Shown here in pieces: positions 39,148 through 48,588 of a stretch of DNA of 64,000 nt. The stretch's first letter is position 1. Each line of letters opens with the position of its first letter. The stretch spans positions 3,826,007-3,890,006 of the forward strand of contig OZ242167.1 in NCBI GenBank assembly GCA_965205295.1. The letters run 5' to 3'. The DNA comes from Candidatus Multivorans sp. GTDB taxonomy: Bacteria; Acidobacteriota; Thermoanaerobaculia; Multivoradales; Multivoraceae. Made by a program: the position numbers and the translations under genes. The notes below the pieces were generated by a model that worked only from the letters and a program-made list of their open reading frames with translations, was not told where the DNA came from and ran no database searches.

Positions 39148-40395
39148 GTGAGCGGACCCAATGTGACGGCACTGGCCTGGCGCAACCTGTGGCGCAACCG
39201 CCGGCGAACGCTGCTGACGATGGGCTCCATCGTCTTCGGCGTCTTTCTGGCGGTCGTCTTCACCGCCATGCAGGATCGCAACTGGAAGGACATGATCGAC
39301 CTCGCCGCCAGGCTCGGAGGCGGTCATGTCAGCCTGCAGCATCCGGAGTACCTCGACAAGCCGACGCTGACGCGCACCGTCGTACGCGGCGAAGAGATCG
39401 AGGCGGCGCTCGAAGGCGAGCGCCGCCGGGTCGCGCGTACGGTGGACCGGGTGATCGGACCGACGATGCTGGCGACGGCGGGCGAGAACTTCAGCGCCGC
39501 CTTCATTGCCTTCGATCCGGGCGTGGAGGACGAGACGACCCTGTCGATCCTGGAAGCGCTCGACGAGGGAGCGGCCCTCGAGCCCGGCGACACCGGCGGC
39601 GTGATCCTCGGTCACCGTCTTGCCAGCAATCTGGGGATGGAACTCGGCGACAAGGTGGTCTACACCCTGACCGACAGGAACGGGGAGATCGTGAGCGGCC
39701 TGGCGAGGCTGCGGGGAACGTTGCGGACCAACGCCCCGACCGTCGACGGCGGGTTCTGCCTGCTGCCGCTCGACACGGTGCGCGGGCTGCTCGGCTACGG
39801 CGACAACGAGGCCACCATGGTCGCCGTGTTCCTGCACGATCAGCGACAGAGCGGGCGGGTCGCGGAGGAGCTGGGCCGCGAGCTCGATGAAGTGGCGGCA
39901 GCCGTACCCTGGAACACGAGTCAGCCGCAACTGGCCGCGTTCATCGCGCTCAAGGTCGGCGGCGCCGTGTTCATGGAGATCCTGATCGCCGTCCTGGTGG
40001 CGGCGGGGATCTTCAACACTCTGTTCGTCAGCGTGATGGAGCGGCTGCGCGAGTTCGGCATCATGCTGGCGATCGGCTGGAGCCCGGGCCGGCTGTTCCG
40101 CCTGGTCATGATGGAGAGCGTCTGGCTCGCAGCGCTCGGTCTCGTCGGCGCCTTCCTGATCACGGCTGGGCCGTATCTCTACCTTTCGTCGACGGGCCTC
40201 GACCTGACCGCGGTCTACGGCGGCACGGTCGAGATTGCCGGCGTCGGTCTCGATCCGGTGCTCAAGGTCGGCATCTTCCCGCGCAATGCGGTGATGATCG
40301 GCCTGTTCGCGGTCGGGGCCACCCTGGCATCGGGCATCTATCCGGCCTGGCGCGCGGGCCGGGTGGAACCGGTCGAAACGATCAAGGTGGTGTGA
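39148..40395 (+). CDS. ABC transporter permease, FtsX/MacB/LolE family (second paralog)
   Basis: The architecture matches the previous gene (WRNLWRNRRRTLLTMGSIVFGV). Confidence 0.8.
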   Translation: MSGPNVTALAWRNLWRNRRRTLLTMGSIVFGVFLAVVFTAMQDRNWKDMIDLAARLGGGHVSLQHPEYLDKPTLTRTVVRGEEIEAALEGERRRVARTVDRVIGPTMLATAGENFSAAFIAFDPGVEDETTLSILEALDEGAALEPGDTGGVILGHRLASNLGMELGDKVVYTLTDRNGEIVSGLARLRGTLRTNAPTVDGGFCLLPLDTVRGLLGYGDNEATMVAVFLHDQRQSGRVAEELGRELDEVAAAVPWNTSQPQLAAFIALKVGGAVFMEILIAVLVAAGIFNTLFVSVMERLREFGIMLAIGWSPGRLFRLVMMESVWLAALGLVGAFLITAGPYLYLSSTGLDLTAVYGGTVEIAGVGLDPVLKVGIFPRNAVMIGLFAVGATLASGIYPAWRAGRVEPVETIKVV

Positions 40396-40396
40396 A

Positions 40397-41104
40397 GTGG
40401 GCGGCGATCCGATCATCTCTCTGCGCGACGTGACCAAGGTCTACCGGCAGGGCAGCGTGGACATCCACGCCCTTCGTGGCGTCTCCCTGGAAATCGAACC
40501 CGGCGAGTTCACCGCCATCTGCGGTCCCTCCGGCTCCGGCAAGACGACGAGCCTGAACCTGATCGGTGCGCTGGACTCCACGACCTCGGGTTCGATCTCG
40601 CTCGAGGGGCAGGAACTGGGCAGCCTGAACAAGAAGCAGTTGAGCGCCCTGCGCCGCGACCGGATCGGCTTCGTGTTCCAGGCCTACAACCTGATGCCGG
40701 TGCTCACGGCGTACGAGAACGCGGAGATGGTGCTTTGGGTCCAGGGCGTCGACGCGGCCACCCGTCGCGAACGGGTGATGGACCTGCTCGAACAGGTTGG
40801 GCTGAAGGGCATGGAGGATCGGCGGCCCTCCGAACTGTCGGGCGGGCAGCAGCAGCGGGTCGCGATCGCCCGCGCCATCGCCAGCAACCCGGCGGTGGTG
40901 CTCGCCGACGAGCCGACCGCGAACGTCGACTCGGAGACCGCGGAGACCCTTCTGGGCTTGATGGAGACGCTCAACCGGGAGCAGGGCGTGACCTTCCTGT
41001 TCTCGACCCACGATCCGCAAGTGATGGAACGGGCGCGCCGCGTGGTGCGCCTGGTCGATGGCAGCGTCGCGAGCGACGAACGCCGCCAGGAGCCTGCGTC
41101 GTAA
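40397..41104 (+). CDS. ABC transporter ATP-binding protein (LolD/MacB-type)
   Basis: Walker A is GPSGSGKTT, the signature LSGGQQQRVAIARA, Walker B VVLADEPT and H-loop STHD. The GTG start overlaps the permease stop. Confidence 0.88.
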   Translation: MGGDPIISLRDVTKVYRQGSVDIHALRGVSLEIEPGEFTAICGPSGSGKTTSLNLIGALDSTTSGSISLEGQELGSLNKKQLSALRRDRIGFVFQAYNLMPVLTAYENAEMVLWVQGVDAATRRERVMDLLEQVGLKGMEDRRPSELSGGQQQRVAIARAIASNPAVVLADEPTANVDSETAETLLGLMETLNREQGVTFLFSTHDPQVMERARRVVRLVDGSVASDERRQEPAS

Positions 41105-41199
41105 GACGCAGCGAAGCAAGTTCTGCGACGCGGGGTGCTGGTGAGGTGGGGGCTGGGGCCAAACAGGGAGTCTGCGACGGGTTTGGCGGCTCTGACGGG

Positions 41200-42474
41200 T
41201 TGCCCTGGCTGGCCAGCTCGGTAGCCGCGGTGCTGCTCGCGGTACTGGTAGCGGCCACGGCGGCGCCGTCGGCAGCGCAGACCGTGGTGGGCGGCGACGT
41301 GCGAATCTTTGCCTTCCAGGTCCTGGAAGAGATCGAGATCGGTGGGGACGGGGATGCTGCCGCCGAAGACGCCGGGTTGGGCGGCGCCGGCGGGGTGGAA
41401 CTCGGGATCTTCCGGCTCAAGCTCGATTCCCGCTGGCAAATGGGATCCCGAGACAGCTTCCGCCTCGAGGTGCACGGCGTGGCGCAGGCCGTGTCGCCAC
41501 CTGGCAGCGGCGCCGTCACGTCGGTGGCGACCGGCGCCACGCGGCGCTTCTTCGACCTGGAGTCCGACTCCTTTGGCCGCGGCGATGTGGCCGGCGCCGC
41601 CGAGATCGACCGCTTCAACCTGCGCTGGGACCGGCCCGGCTTCCGGATGGTCTTCGGCCGCCAGGCGATCACCTGGGGAGTGAACTACTTCTGGCCGGTG
41701 CTCGACCTGTTCGCCCCGTTCGCTCCGCAGCGCATCGATCGTGACTACAAGCCCGGAGTCGACGCGCTGCGGTTCACCGTGCCGATAGGCGACTTCTCCG
41801 AGGTCGAGGTCATCGCGGCCAGCCAGGGCGCGCGGACTCCCGACGACCTGAGCTTCGCCTCCCTGGGCCGCTTCCACAGCGAACTCGGCGAGGGCGATTC
41901 GAGCCTCGACTTCGGCTACATGGTCGGCGGCTTCCACCGCGACCTGGTCCTCGGCGGCTTCTTTTCGGCCGATGTCTGCGGCACCGGCCTGCGCGGCGAA
42001 GTCGCCTGGACCAGTCCGGGCTGCGACCCCCGGAGCGCTCACCCGGCGTTCGGCTGCGGCGACTTCTGGCGCTTCACGGTGGGCGTCGATCGCCTGCTGA
42101 CGCCGACCGTGACCCTGATCGCCGAGGCGAGCTGGAACGGCTTCGGCGCCGGCGACCCCGCGGACTACGCGCGGCTTGCCGGCGCCGACCGCGTAAGCCG
42201 TGGCGAGGTCGTTTCGCTCGGGCGCCGTTACGCCGGTCTCTCTCTGGGATGGCAGGCCCACCCGCTGCTGACCGTCAGCGGCGCCGTGCTCTTCAACCGT
42301 GGCGATTCCTCGGCGCTGTTTCAGCCCGGCATCGCCTGGTCCGTGTCCGACCACGTGGCGGTCAACGGGGGCCTGCTCCTGTCGACCGGCCGCGGCATCC
42401 GGGACGGCGTGCTGGGCAGCGAATACGGGGCGGTGCCGGTGGTGGCCTGGTCGTCCCTGACCGCCTACTTCTAG
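41200..42474 (+). CDS. putative outer-membrane beta-barrel protein (C-terminal Phe)
   Basis: A signal peptide (LPWLASSVAAVLLAVLVAATAAPSAAQ) is present. Alternating amphipathic beta-strand patterns are seen, and the C-terminus ends ...SLTAYF. The start is uncertain (TTG 41200 or GTG ~41140); the track ORF at 40735 overlaps the ATPase. Confidence 0.5.
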   Translation: MPWLASSVAAVLLAVLVAATAAPSAAQTVVGGDVRIFAFQVLEEIEIGGDGDAAAEDAGLGGAGGVELGIFRLKLDSRWQMGSRDSFRLEVHGVAQAVSPPGSGAVTSVATGATRRFFDLESDSFGRGDVAGAAEIDRFNLRWDRPGFRMVFGRQAITWGVNYFWPVLDLFAPFAPQRIDRDYKPGVDALRFTVPIGDFSEVEVIAASQGARTPDDLSFASLGRFHSELGEGDSSLDFGYMVGGFHRDLVLGGFFSADVCGTGLRGEVAWTSPGCDPRSAHPAFGCGDFWRFTVGVDRLLTPTVTLIAEASWNGFGAGDPADYARLAGADRVSRGEVVSLGRRYAGLSLGWQAHPLLTVSGAVLFNRGDSSALFQPGIAWSVSDHVAVNGGLLLSTGRGIRDGVLGSEYGAVPVVAWSSLTAYF

Positions 42475-42499
42475 AGCTCGGCGCTGCCCATCTTTACCA

Positions 42500-42560
42500 G
42501 TTGTTCACCTGCCGTGGGGTACGCTCCGCCAGCCTAAACAACTGTTCGACTACACGAGAT
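42500..42560 (+). promoter_or_regulatory. putative Pho-box-like operator upstream of pstS (inverted repeat ACCAGTTGTTCACC ... AAACAACTGTTCGAC)
   Basis: CAGTTGTT and AACAACTG are reverse complements, 25 nt apart. Each lies next to a GTTCACC/GTTCGAC half-site resembling actinobacterial PHO boxes. Location is the pstS 5' region. Confidence 0.3.
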
Positions 42561-43451
42561 TTGGCGCCTGTGAAGACCGCGAAAGTCACCTCCAGCGCAT
42601 GCTGTCTGGTCCTTGCGGCCCTGGTTGTTGCCTGCGGCGGCAGTTCCCGCAACGTGATCCAGAACAAGGGTTCGGACACCCTGGTCAACGTCGCCCAGGC
42701 GTGGGCCGAGAACTACGCGGCCGTGGTTCCGGGCACGGCCGTTGCGGTGACCGGCGGCGGCTCGGGCACGGGCATTTCGGCGATGATCAACGGCACCGTC
42801 GATATCGCGAACTCCAGCCGGCGCATGAAGGACTCCGAGATCGAGCTGGCGCGCGGAAATGGCAACGAACCGATCGAGTTCGTCGTCGGCTTCGACGCGG
42901 TGGCGGTGTTCGTCCATCCCGACAACCCGCTCGGCGAGGTCTCGCTGGAGCAGTTGGCCGAGCTCTACGGTGAGGGCGGCGGGTTCGAGACGTGGAGCCA
43001 GCTCGGCGTCGAGGTGCCGGGCTGCAGCAGCGACGAGATCGTCCGGGTCAGCCGTCAGAACAACTCCGGCACCTACGTCTACTTCCGTGAGGCGGTGCTC
43101 GGCGACCGGCGCGACTTCAAGCTCGGTTCGCGTGACATGCACGGCTCCAAGGACGTGGTCGACCTGGTCGAGAACACGCCCTGCGCGATCGGCTACAGCG
43201 GCCTCGCCTACGCGACGGACCACATCAAGATGCCCTGCGTCAAGACGGGCGAGGACGGCGATTGCGTGTCTCCTTCGGTCGAGACCGCGATCGACCGGTC
43301 CTACCCGATCGCCCGCCCCCTGTTCATGTACACCGCCGGCGAGCCCGAGGGCGCCATCCGCGACTACATGGACTGGGTGCTGAGCGACGAGGGCCAGTGC
43401 ATCATCTACGAGAAGGGCTACGCGCCGCGCGACGGCGTGAACTGTCCCTGA
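42561..43451 (+). CDS. pstS: phosphate ABC transporter substrate-binding lipoprotein PstS
   Basis: A lipobox LVVACGG is present. PstS-family motifs are TGGGSGTGISAMINGTVDIANSSR and GYSGLAY. The start is TTG 42561 or GTG 42570. Confidence 0.85.
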   Translation: MAPVKTAKVTSSACCLVLAALVVACGGSSRNVIQNKGSDTLVNVAQAWAENYAAVVPGTAVAVTGGGSGTGISAMINGTVDIANSSRRMKDSEIELARGNGNEPIEFVVGFDAVAVFVHPDNPLGEVSLEQLAELYGEGGGFETWSQLGVEVPGCSSDEIVRVSRQNNSGTYVYFREAVLGDRRDFKLGSRDMHGSKDVVDLVENTPCAIGYSGLAYATDHIKMPCVKTGEDGDCVSPSVETAIDRSYPIARPLFMYTAGEPEGAIRDYMDWVLSDEGQCIIYEKGYAPRDGVNCP

Positions 43452-43526
43452 ACCAGAGCTTCCAAGCACCAGAACTCCAGCATGACGCGGCGTCCGCAGT
43501 TTCTTGGCGGCTGGTTTGGCTGAGCT

Positions 43527-44525
43527 ATGAGCTTGCGCGGCAGGAGAATTGGCGTACCCCATACGCCACGGCGCAAGCTGCCGGCGCACGCGGCCGACCG
43601 GCGCGATTTCGCCTGGTGGATCGACCGGGCGGTGCAGGTCCTCGTCTTTGCGGGCGGCCTGTCGGCGATCGTCTTCATCGTCGGCATCTTCCTCTTCATC
43701 ACGCGGGAGGGCGCCGGCTTCGTTTTCGATCGCTTCGAGTTCCGCGAGTTCTTCTTCTCGCCGCGCTGGACGCCGACCTCGAACCACAACGCGACCTACG
43801 GCGCGCTGGCCCTGATCGCGGGCACGGCCTCGGTGACCGGGCTCGCAATGGTCGTGTCGGTGCCCTTCTCGCTCGGCGCCGCGATCTACATCGGGGAGTT
43901 CGCCACCGGCCGCACCCGGGAGACGTTGAAGGTGCTGGTGGAGCTCCTGGCCGCGATCCCGTCCGTGGTCTGGGGGTTTATCGGCCTCTCGATCATGAAC
44001 CCGTTGATCATCCAGATCTTCGACGTGCCGGTGGGCCTCAACGTACTGAACTCCGGGATCATCCTGGGTCTGATGGCGGCGCCGATCATGACCACGATCG
44101 CCGAGGACGCGCTCAAGGCGGTGCCCGACGGCTACCGGGAGGCCGCCGAGGCGATGGGCGCCACGCGCTGGCAGGTGACCTTCAAGGTCGTGCTGCCGGC
44201 CGCCCGCAACGGTCTGGTGGCGGCCACGCTGCTCGGTGTCGGGCGCGGCTTCGGCGAGACGATGGCGGTGCTCATGGCGAGCGGCCACTCGATCAACCTG
44301 CCGACCAGCCCCTTCGACTCGGTGCGGGCGCTGACCGCGACCATTGCCGCCGAACTCGGCGAGACGGCGGCCGGTTCCGACCACTACCAGGCGCTGTTCA
44401 CGCTCGGCATCTTCCTGTTCAGCGTGACCTTCGCCATCAACTTCGCGGCCGATGTCTTCGTTCGCGGCGGCCGGCGCAAGCACCGCCGCCGGGGCCGCCG
44501 CCCGGCCGCTTCGGCGAACCCGTAG
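43527..44525 (+). CDS. pstC: phosphate ABC transporter permease PstC
   Basis: A polytopic protein with the EAA-loop region AEAMGATRWQVTFKVVLPAA. Confidence 0.88.
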   Translation: MSLRGRRIGVPHTPRRKLPAHAADRRDFAWWIDRAVQVLVFAGGLSAIVFIVGIFLFITREGAGFVFDRFEFREFFFSPRWTPTSNHNATYGALALIAGTASVTGLAMVVSVPFSLGAAIYIGEFATGRTRETLKVLVELLAAIPSVVWGFIGLSIMNPLIIQIFDVPVGLNVLNSGIILGLMAAPIMTTIAEDALKAVPDGYREAAEAMGATRWQVTFKVVLPAARNGLVAATLLGVGRGFGETMAVLMASGHSINLPTSPFDSVRALTATIAAELGETAAGSDHYQALFTLGIFLFSVTFAINFAADVFVRGGRRKHRRRGRRPAASANP

Positions 44526-44543
44526 GGACGGAGGAGGAAACGC

Positions 44544-45413
44544 GTGTTCGAGGCGACCGAGCGCAACCGGCGCAACCGGAAGGTGGAGAGTCTGTTCCGA
44601 CTCCTCTTCCTGTGGATGACCTGCATGTTGATCGTGCCGGTCGCCCTCATCCTCGGCGTGCTGATCTACAAGGGCGGTCCGGCGATCTCCTGGGAGTTCC
44701 TGTTCACGTCGCCAACGAATGGGATGAAGGCGGGCGGCATCCTGCCCGCTCTGCTGGGCACCGTGTGGCTGGTGGTCGTGGCTCTGCTCGCCTCGGTGCC
44801 GGTCGGCGTGGGGGCGGCGCTCTACCTGAGCGAGTATGCACCGGACAATCGGCTCACCCGGGCCATCAACCTCGCGATCATCAACCTGGCCGGCGTGCCT
44901 TCGATCGTCCATGCGCTGTTCGGCTTGGGCGCCTTCGTCCTCTTCTTCCGCTTGGGCACCAGCATCCTGGCTGCCAGCCTGACCCTGGCGGTGATGACCC
45001 TGCCGGTGGTCATCGTCGCCACCAGGGAGTCGCTCCGGACCGTGCCGCTCGCCTTCCGCGAGGCATGCTGGAACATGGGCGCGACGCGCTGGCAGACGAT
45101 CCGCAAGGTCGTGCTGCCCAACTCGGTCAGCGGCATCCTCACCGGCGTCATTCTCGAGGTCTCCCGTACCGCCGGCGAGACCGCGCCGATCATGTTCACC
45201 GGCGCCGTGTTCTTCCTCCCGTTCCTGCCGCAGGGGGTGCTCGACGAGACGATGGCGATGTCGCTCCACCTGTTCGTCATCTCGACCCAGGTGCCGGAGG
45301 TGCCTGAGCACCTGCCCTTCGGCGTCGCGCTGGTGCTGATCTCCATGGTGCTGGCGATGAACGGGCTCTCCATCGCCTTCCGGGTCTATCTGCGGGGCCG
45401 CAAGAAGTGGTGA
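44544..45413 (+). CDS. pstA: phosphate ABC transporter permease PstA
   Basis: A polytopic protein with CWNMGATRWQTIRKVVLPNSVSGILTG. Confidence 0.88.
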   Translation: MFEATERNRRNRKVESLFRLLFLWMTCMLIVPVALILGVLIYKGGPAISWEFLFTSPTNGMKAGGILPALLGTVWLVVVALLASVPVGVGAALYLSEYAPDNRLTRAINLAIINLAGVPSIVHALFGLGAFVLFFRLGTSILAASLTLAVMTLPVVIVATRESLRTVPLAFREACWNMGATRWQTIRKVVLPNSVSGILTGVILEVSRTAGETAPIMFTGAVFFLPFLPQGVLDETMAMSLHLFVISTQVPEVPEHLPFGVALVLISMVLAMNGLSIAFRVYLRGRKKW

Positions 45414-46195
45414 GCGCTCCCGCGCCGGCGATCGCCGACTCCGACTTCGCGATCGACGTCGTCGACCTGGCGATTCGTTACCAGGGAAAGTTGGCGCTCT
45501 CGGGCGTCACGCTCCGGGTGCCAAGGAACGAGATCTTCGGCGTTATCGGGCCGGCGAACAGCGGCAAGACGTCCTTCCTGCGCGCCATCAACCGGATGGA
45601 CCTGATGACGGCGGGGATGACGGTCGAGGGCGCGGTGCGTGTCGAGGGCCGGGACGTCCGCAGTTGGCGCAATCCCTATGCCCTGCGACAGCGAATCGGC
45701 GTGGTGTTCCCGCTGCCTGTGGGCCTGCCGATGACCATCTACGAGAACGTCGCGCTGTCGTCCCGGCTGCGCGGCACGCGAAGGAAGGCCGACCTGGACG
45801 TGATCGTCGAACGCTGCCTGCGGCGGGCCGCGCTCTGGGACGAGGTGAAGGACCGGCTCGATTCCCTGGGCAGCCTGCTGTCGGGCGGCCAGCAGCAGCG
45901 GCTGACGATCGCGCGCGCGCTGTCCCAGGATCCGTCGATCCTGCTGCTCGACGAGTTCTCGATCGCGGTCGACCCCGTGACCACGATGCGGATCGAGGAG
46001 GTGCTGGCGGAGCTCAAGTCCGAGATGACGATCGTGCTGGTCACGAACCTCGTCCAGCAGGCGCGGCGGTTGGCTTCGCAGACCGCCTTCTTCCTCACCG
46101 GCGAGCTGGTCGAGGTGACCGAGACGGAGGCGATGTTCGAGGGCGGCGCCCAGGATCCGCGGACCACTGCCTACGTCGAGGGGAAGTTCGGATGA
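45407..46195 (+). CDS. pstB: phosphate ABC transporter ATP-binding protein PstB paralog 1 (H-loop His replaced: TNLVQQA)
   Basis: Walker A is GPANSGKTS, the signature LSGGQQQRL and Walker B LLLDEF. The canonical PstB THNMQQA H-loop reads VTNLVQQA. The GTG start overlaps the pstA stop. Confidence 0.85.
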   Translation: MVSAPAPAIADSDFAIDVVDLAIRYQGKLALSGVTLRVPRNEIFGVIGPANSGKTSFLRAINRMDLMTAGMTVEGAVRVEGRDVRSWRNPYALRQRIGVVFPLPVGLPMTIYENVALSSRLRGTRRKADLDVIVERCLRRAALWDEVKDRLDSLGSLLSGGQQQRLTIARALSQDPSILLLDEFSIAVDPVTTMRIEEVLAELKSEMTIVLVTNLVQQARRLASQTAFFLTGELVEVTETEAMFEGGAQDPRTTAYVEGKFG

Positions 46196-47007
46196 CCGAG
46201 GCAACTCCCGCGACGGGAGCGATGCCCGCGGCCGCCGATCCGGCCGCGGCGATCCTGATCGAGAAGCTGAACCTCTGGTACGGCGACTTCCAGGCCCTGT
46301 TCGACGTCGACCTGAACGTGAAGGCGGGCGCGATCACCTCCCTGATCGGCCCCTCCGGATGCGGCAAGACGACCTTGCTGCGCTCGGTCAACCGGATCAA
46401 CGAACGCCTTCCGTACGTGCGCACGTCGGGCCGCATCCGGCTGTGGGGCCTGGATGTCTACGCCCCGGCGGTCGAGCTGGCTCAGCTCCGCAAGCAGATC
46501 GGCATGGTCTTCCAGCGTCCGAACCCGTTGCCGCTGTCGGTGCGGGACAACGTGCTGTTCGGGACTCGAGTCCACCGCCCGAACGAGCGCCCGCCGACCA
46601 GGGTCGAAGGCGATCGGATCGTCGAAGAGGCGCTGCGCGAGGTTCTGCTCTGGGACGAGCTGAAGGACTCGCTCGACCGGCGCGGCACAGAACTCTCGCT
46701 CGAGCAGCAGCAGAAGCTGTGCATCGCGCGTCTGCTGCCGGTCAAGCCGAAGCTCCTGCTGATGGACGAACCCTGCTCGGCGCTCGACCCCGCCGGCACG
46801 GAGGCGGTCGAGGAGCTGATCTGGAGGCTGCGCGGCGAGTACACGATTCTGATCGTTACCCACAACATGGCGCAGGCCCGGCGCGCGAGCGAGGAGTGCG
46901 TGTTCATGCTGCTCGGCGAGATGGTCGAGCACAGCGACACGGCGTCGATGTTCCTCAACCCGGCAAACAGCCAGACTGCGGCCTACATCGAGGGTCGGTA
47001 CGGGTAG
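46192..47007 (+). CDS. pstB: phosphate ABC transporter ATP-binding protein PstB paralog 2 (canonical H-loop THNMAQA)
   Basis: Walker A is GPSGCGKTT, the signature LSLEQQQKL, Walker B LLLMDEP and H-loop VTHNMAQA. The ATGA start overlaps the pstB1 stop. Confidence 0.88.
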   Translation: MTEATPATGAMPAAADPAAAILIEKLNLWYGDFQALFDVDLNVKAGAITSLIGPSGCGKTTLLRSVNRINERLPYVRTSGRIRLWGLDVYAPAVELAQLRKQIGMVFQRPNPLPLSVRDNVLFGTRVHRPNERPPTRVEGDRIVEEALREVLLWDELKDSLDRRGTELSLEQQQKLCIARLLPVKPKLLLMDEPCSALDPAGTEAVEELIWRLRGEYTILIVTHNMAQARRASEECVFMLLGEMVEHSDTASMFLNPANSQTAAYIEGRYG

Positions 47008-47074
47008 CTGGCGGCGTGCCCAGCGTTCCGCGCGACGAAACGGGACCTGACGAAGCCATTTCCACAGGGATCCG

Positions 47075-47533
47075 TCAGCAGTTTCTCCCCCGGAATTCTC
47101 CCGCGGCCTCCGCGCTCCGTACCCATGCCGCGACATCGTCAATCAAGTGCACGAATCTGCGTTTCCCCGGCCCGCGCAGCGCGCATTCCCATACCGTCAG
47201 GCAACGCCATCCCGCCACGCGCAGCGCATTCCGAACCTCTGCGTCACGTTCTTGGTTGCGCCGGATCTTGCCGTCCCAGAAGTCCGTTCTGGTGGCCGGA
47301 CGCTGGAATAGCGGACAATCGTGCCCGTGCCAGAAGCACCCGTGAACCAAGACGGCGGCACGGAACCGTGGCAGTACGATATCCGGCTTGCCGGGCAGCT
47401 CCGCCACATGGGTGCGATACCTGAATCCGCGCGCATGGAGCGCTTTCCGGACCGCCATTTCCGGTGCCGTGTTCTTGCTTCGCACCGAGGCCATAAGGCG
47501 GCTTCGCGAACGCCGGTCCAGGCTGTCGGCCAC
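47075..47533 (-). CDS. vsr: very-short-patch-repair endonuclease Vsr
   Basis: The 152-aa product has FVHGCFWHGHDC and TDFWDGKIRRN(QE)RD motifs. It is the last gene of the minus-strand array dcm-X-Y-vsr. GTG start. Confidence 0.88.
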   Translation of the reverse strand: MADSLDRRSRSRLMASVRSKNTAPEMAVRKALHARGFRYRTHVAELPGKPDIVLPRFRAAVLVHGCFWHGHDCPLFQRPATRTDFWDGKIRRNQERDAEVRNALRVAGWRCLTVWECALRGPGKRRFVHLIDDVAAWVRSAEAAGEFRGRNC

Positions 47534-47568
47534 GAAGCGCTCCTCCTTGCTGGGAAGGTTCCTGGGCC

Positions 47569-48588
47569 CTAAAGACGAATGTCCGGCTGGCCTTGACGTG
47601 CGTAGAACGAGGAAAACCTGGAGATGATGTCTTTGATGAAACTCGGAGCGATGCGCACGTTCAAGGACTGAAAGCTCCTTTCAAACCCCTCCCACGGTGC
47701 CGTCTCGAGCCGTCGAAAATCTACGAAGCCGGCCGCTATGCCACCAGACTGCGGCAACCAGTGGAAGTAGTTGGAGTCGTTGTTCTTCCTCAACCGCTTC
47801 TGGCGCTTGCGGTCCGCTCCTACTCTCTCGAACAGGGCTTCCTCAGGCACGACTTCCGCCACCACCACGATGTCAGTCTTGGGCTTTCCGCTGGGTCGAA
47901 TCACTAGGTCGCATGCGGGCGTCATCACCACGTGAGAAGTCTCTCCATCCGTCCGCCGAACAAGGGTCCCCGTCTGCAGCGAGTCCTTAAGTGGCGGGGC
48001 CAGGTACACTTCCTCGGCGTAGCAAGGCGTTTCATCCGCCTCCAACTCCGCCGCCAAGTGGCCCAGGGTGTAGCGCAACAGCGCCTTCTTGGTCCGCTCC
48101 TTATCCTCTCGCCCATAGTCCACCCACATGTCGATCGTCGGAAGCAGGTTCGCTAGGAAGACTCCGTTCAGTCGTTCCTCCAACAGCCCCCGGCCGCCCA
48201 TGATCTCGGTCAGGCCGACGTCGAAAATCTCCCAGAGGCGGTCCAAGATCTCGTCGAACCCATGTTTACCCTTGGTGTAGACACCGACGACGGGCGGCTC
48301 ATCTACCGCGTCGGCGGGCGTTCCTGTCAGGACCGCGACCGGAACGCGGAAGTGGCTCTTGAGCTCTTCAATGACCTCTCCACCGTCGGAGGTGTCCCTG
48401 CCTAGGTTCAGGTCGACGATAGCTGCGTCAATCGACCCGTCCAGACTGCTCTTCGCATCGGCCAAGGTTGTCTGAACACGCATCTCTATCTGCCGGCCGT
48501 GCTCTTCGACGTAGTCCTTGAGAACCTCTCGGTATTCATCCACCAAGCTGGGCTCGTCCTCCACCAACAGCAGTTCAAGCGCACTCAC
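47569..48588 (-). CDS. response-regulator receiver (REC) domain protein with ~220-aa C-terminal domain of unknown function (candidate effector)
   Basis: The REC landmarks are LLLVEDE (acidic pocket), AAIVDLNLG (phospho-acceptor Asp), VAVLTG (Thr) and YTKGKH (Lys). The C-terminal half (…PACDLVIRPSGKPKTDIVVVAEVVPEE…NYFHWLP…) matches no family recognisable by eye. The GTG start with a GGAGAA RBS overlaps the upstream kinase stop (GTGA). Confidence 0.75.
   Translation of the reverse strand: MSALELLLVEDEPSLVDEYREVLKDYVEEHGRQIEMRVQTTLADAKSSLDGSIDAAIVDLNLGRDTSDGGEVIEELKSHFRVPVAVLTGTPADAVDEPPVVGVYTKGKHGFDEILDRLWEIFDVGLTEIMGGRGLLEERLNGVFLANLLPTIDMWVDYGREDKERTKKALLRYTLGHLAAELEADETPCYAEEVYLAPPLKDSLQTGTLVRRTDGETSHVVMTPACDLVIRPSGKPKTDIVVVAEVVPEEALFERVGADRKRQKRLRKNNDSNYFHWLPQSGGIAAGFVDFRRLETAPWEGFERSFQSLNVRIAPSFIKDIISRFSSFYARQGQPDIRL

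Noticed and set aside
40735-41200. Track start of the OMP gene inside the ABC ATPase gene
   Set aside because: It would overlap the ATPase by 370 nt on the same strand. The signal peptide only begins near 41200.
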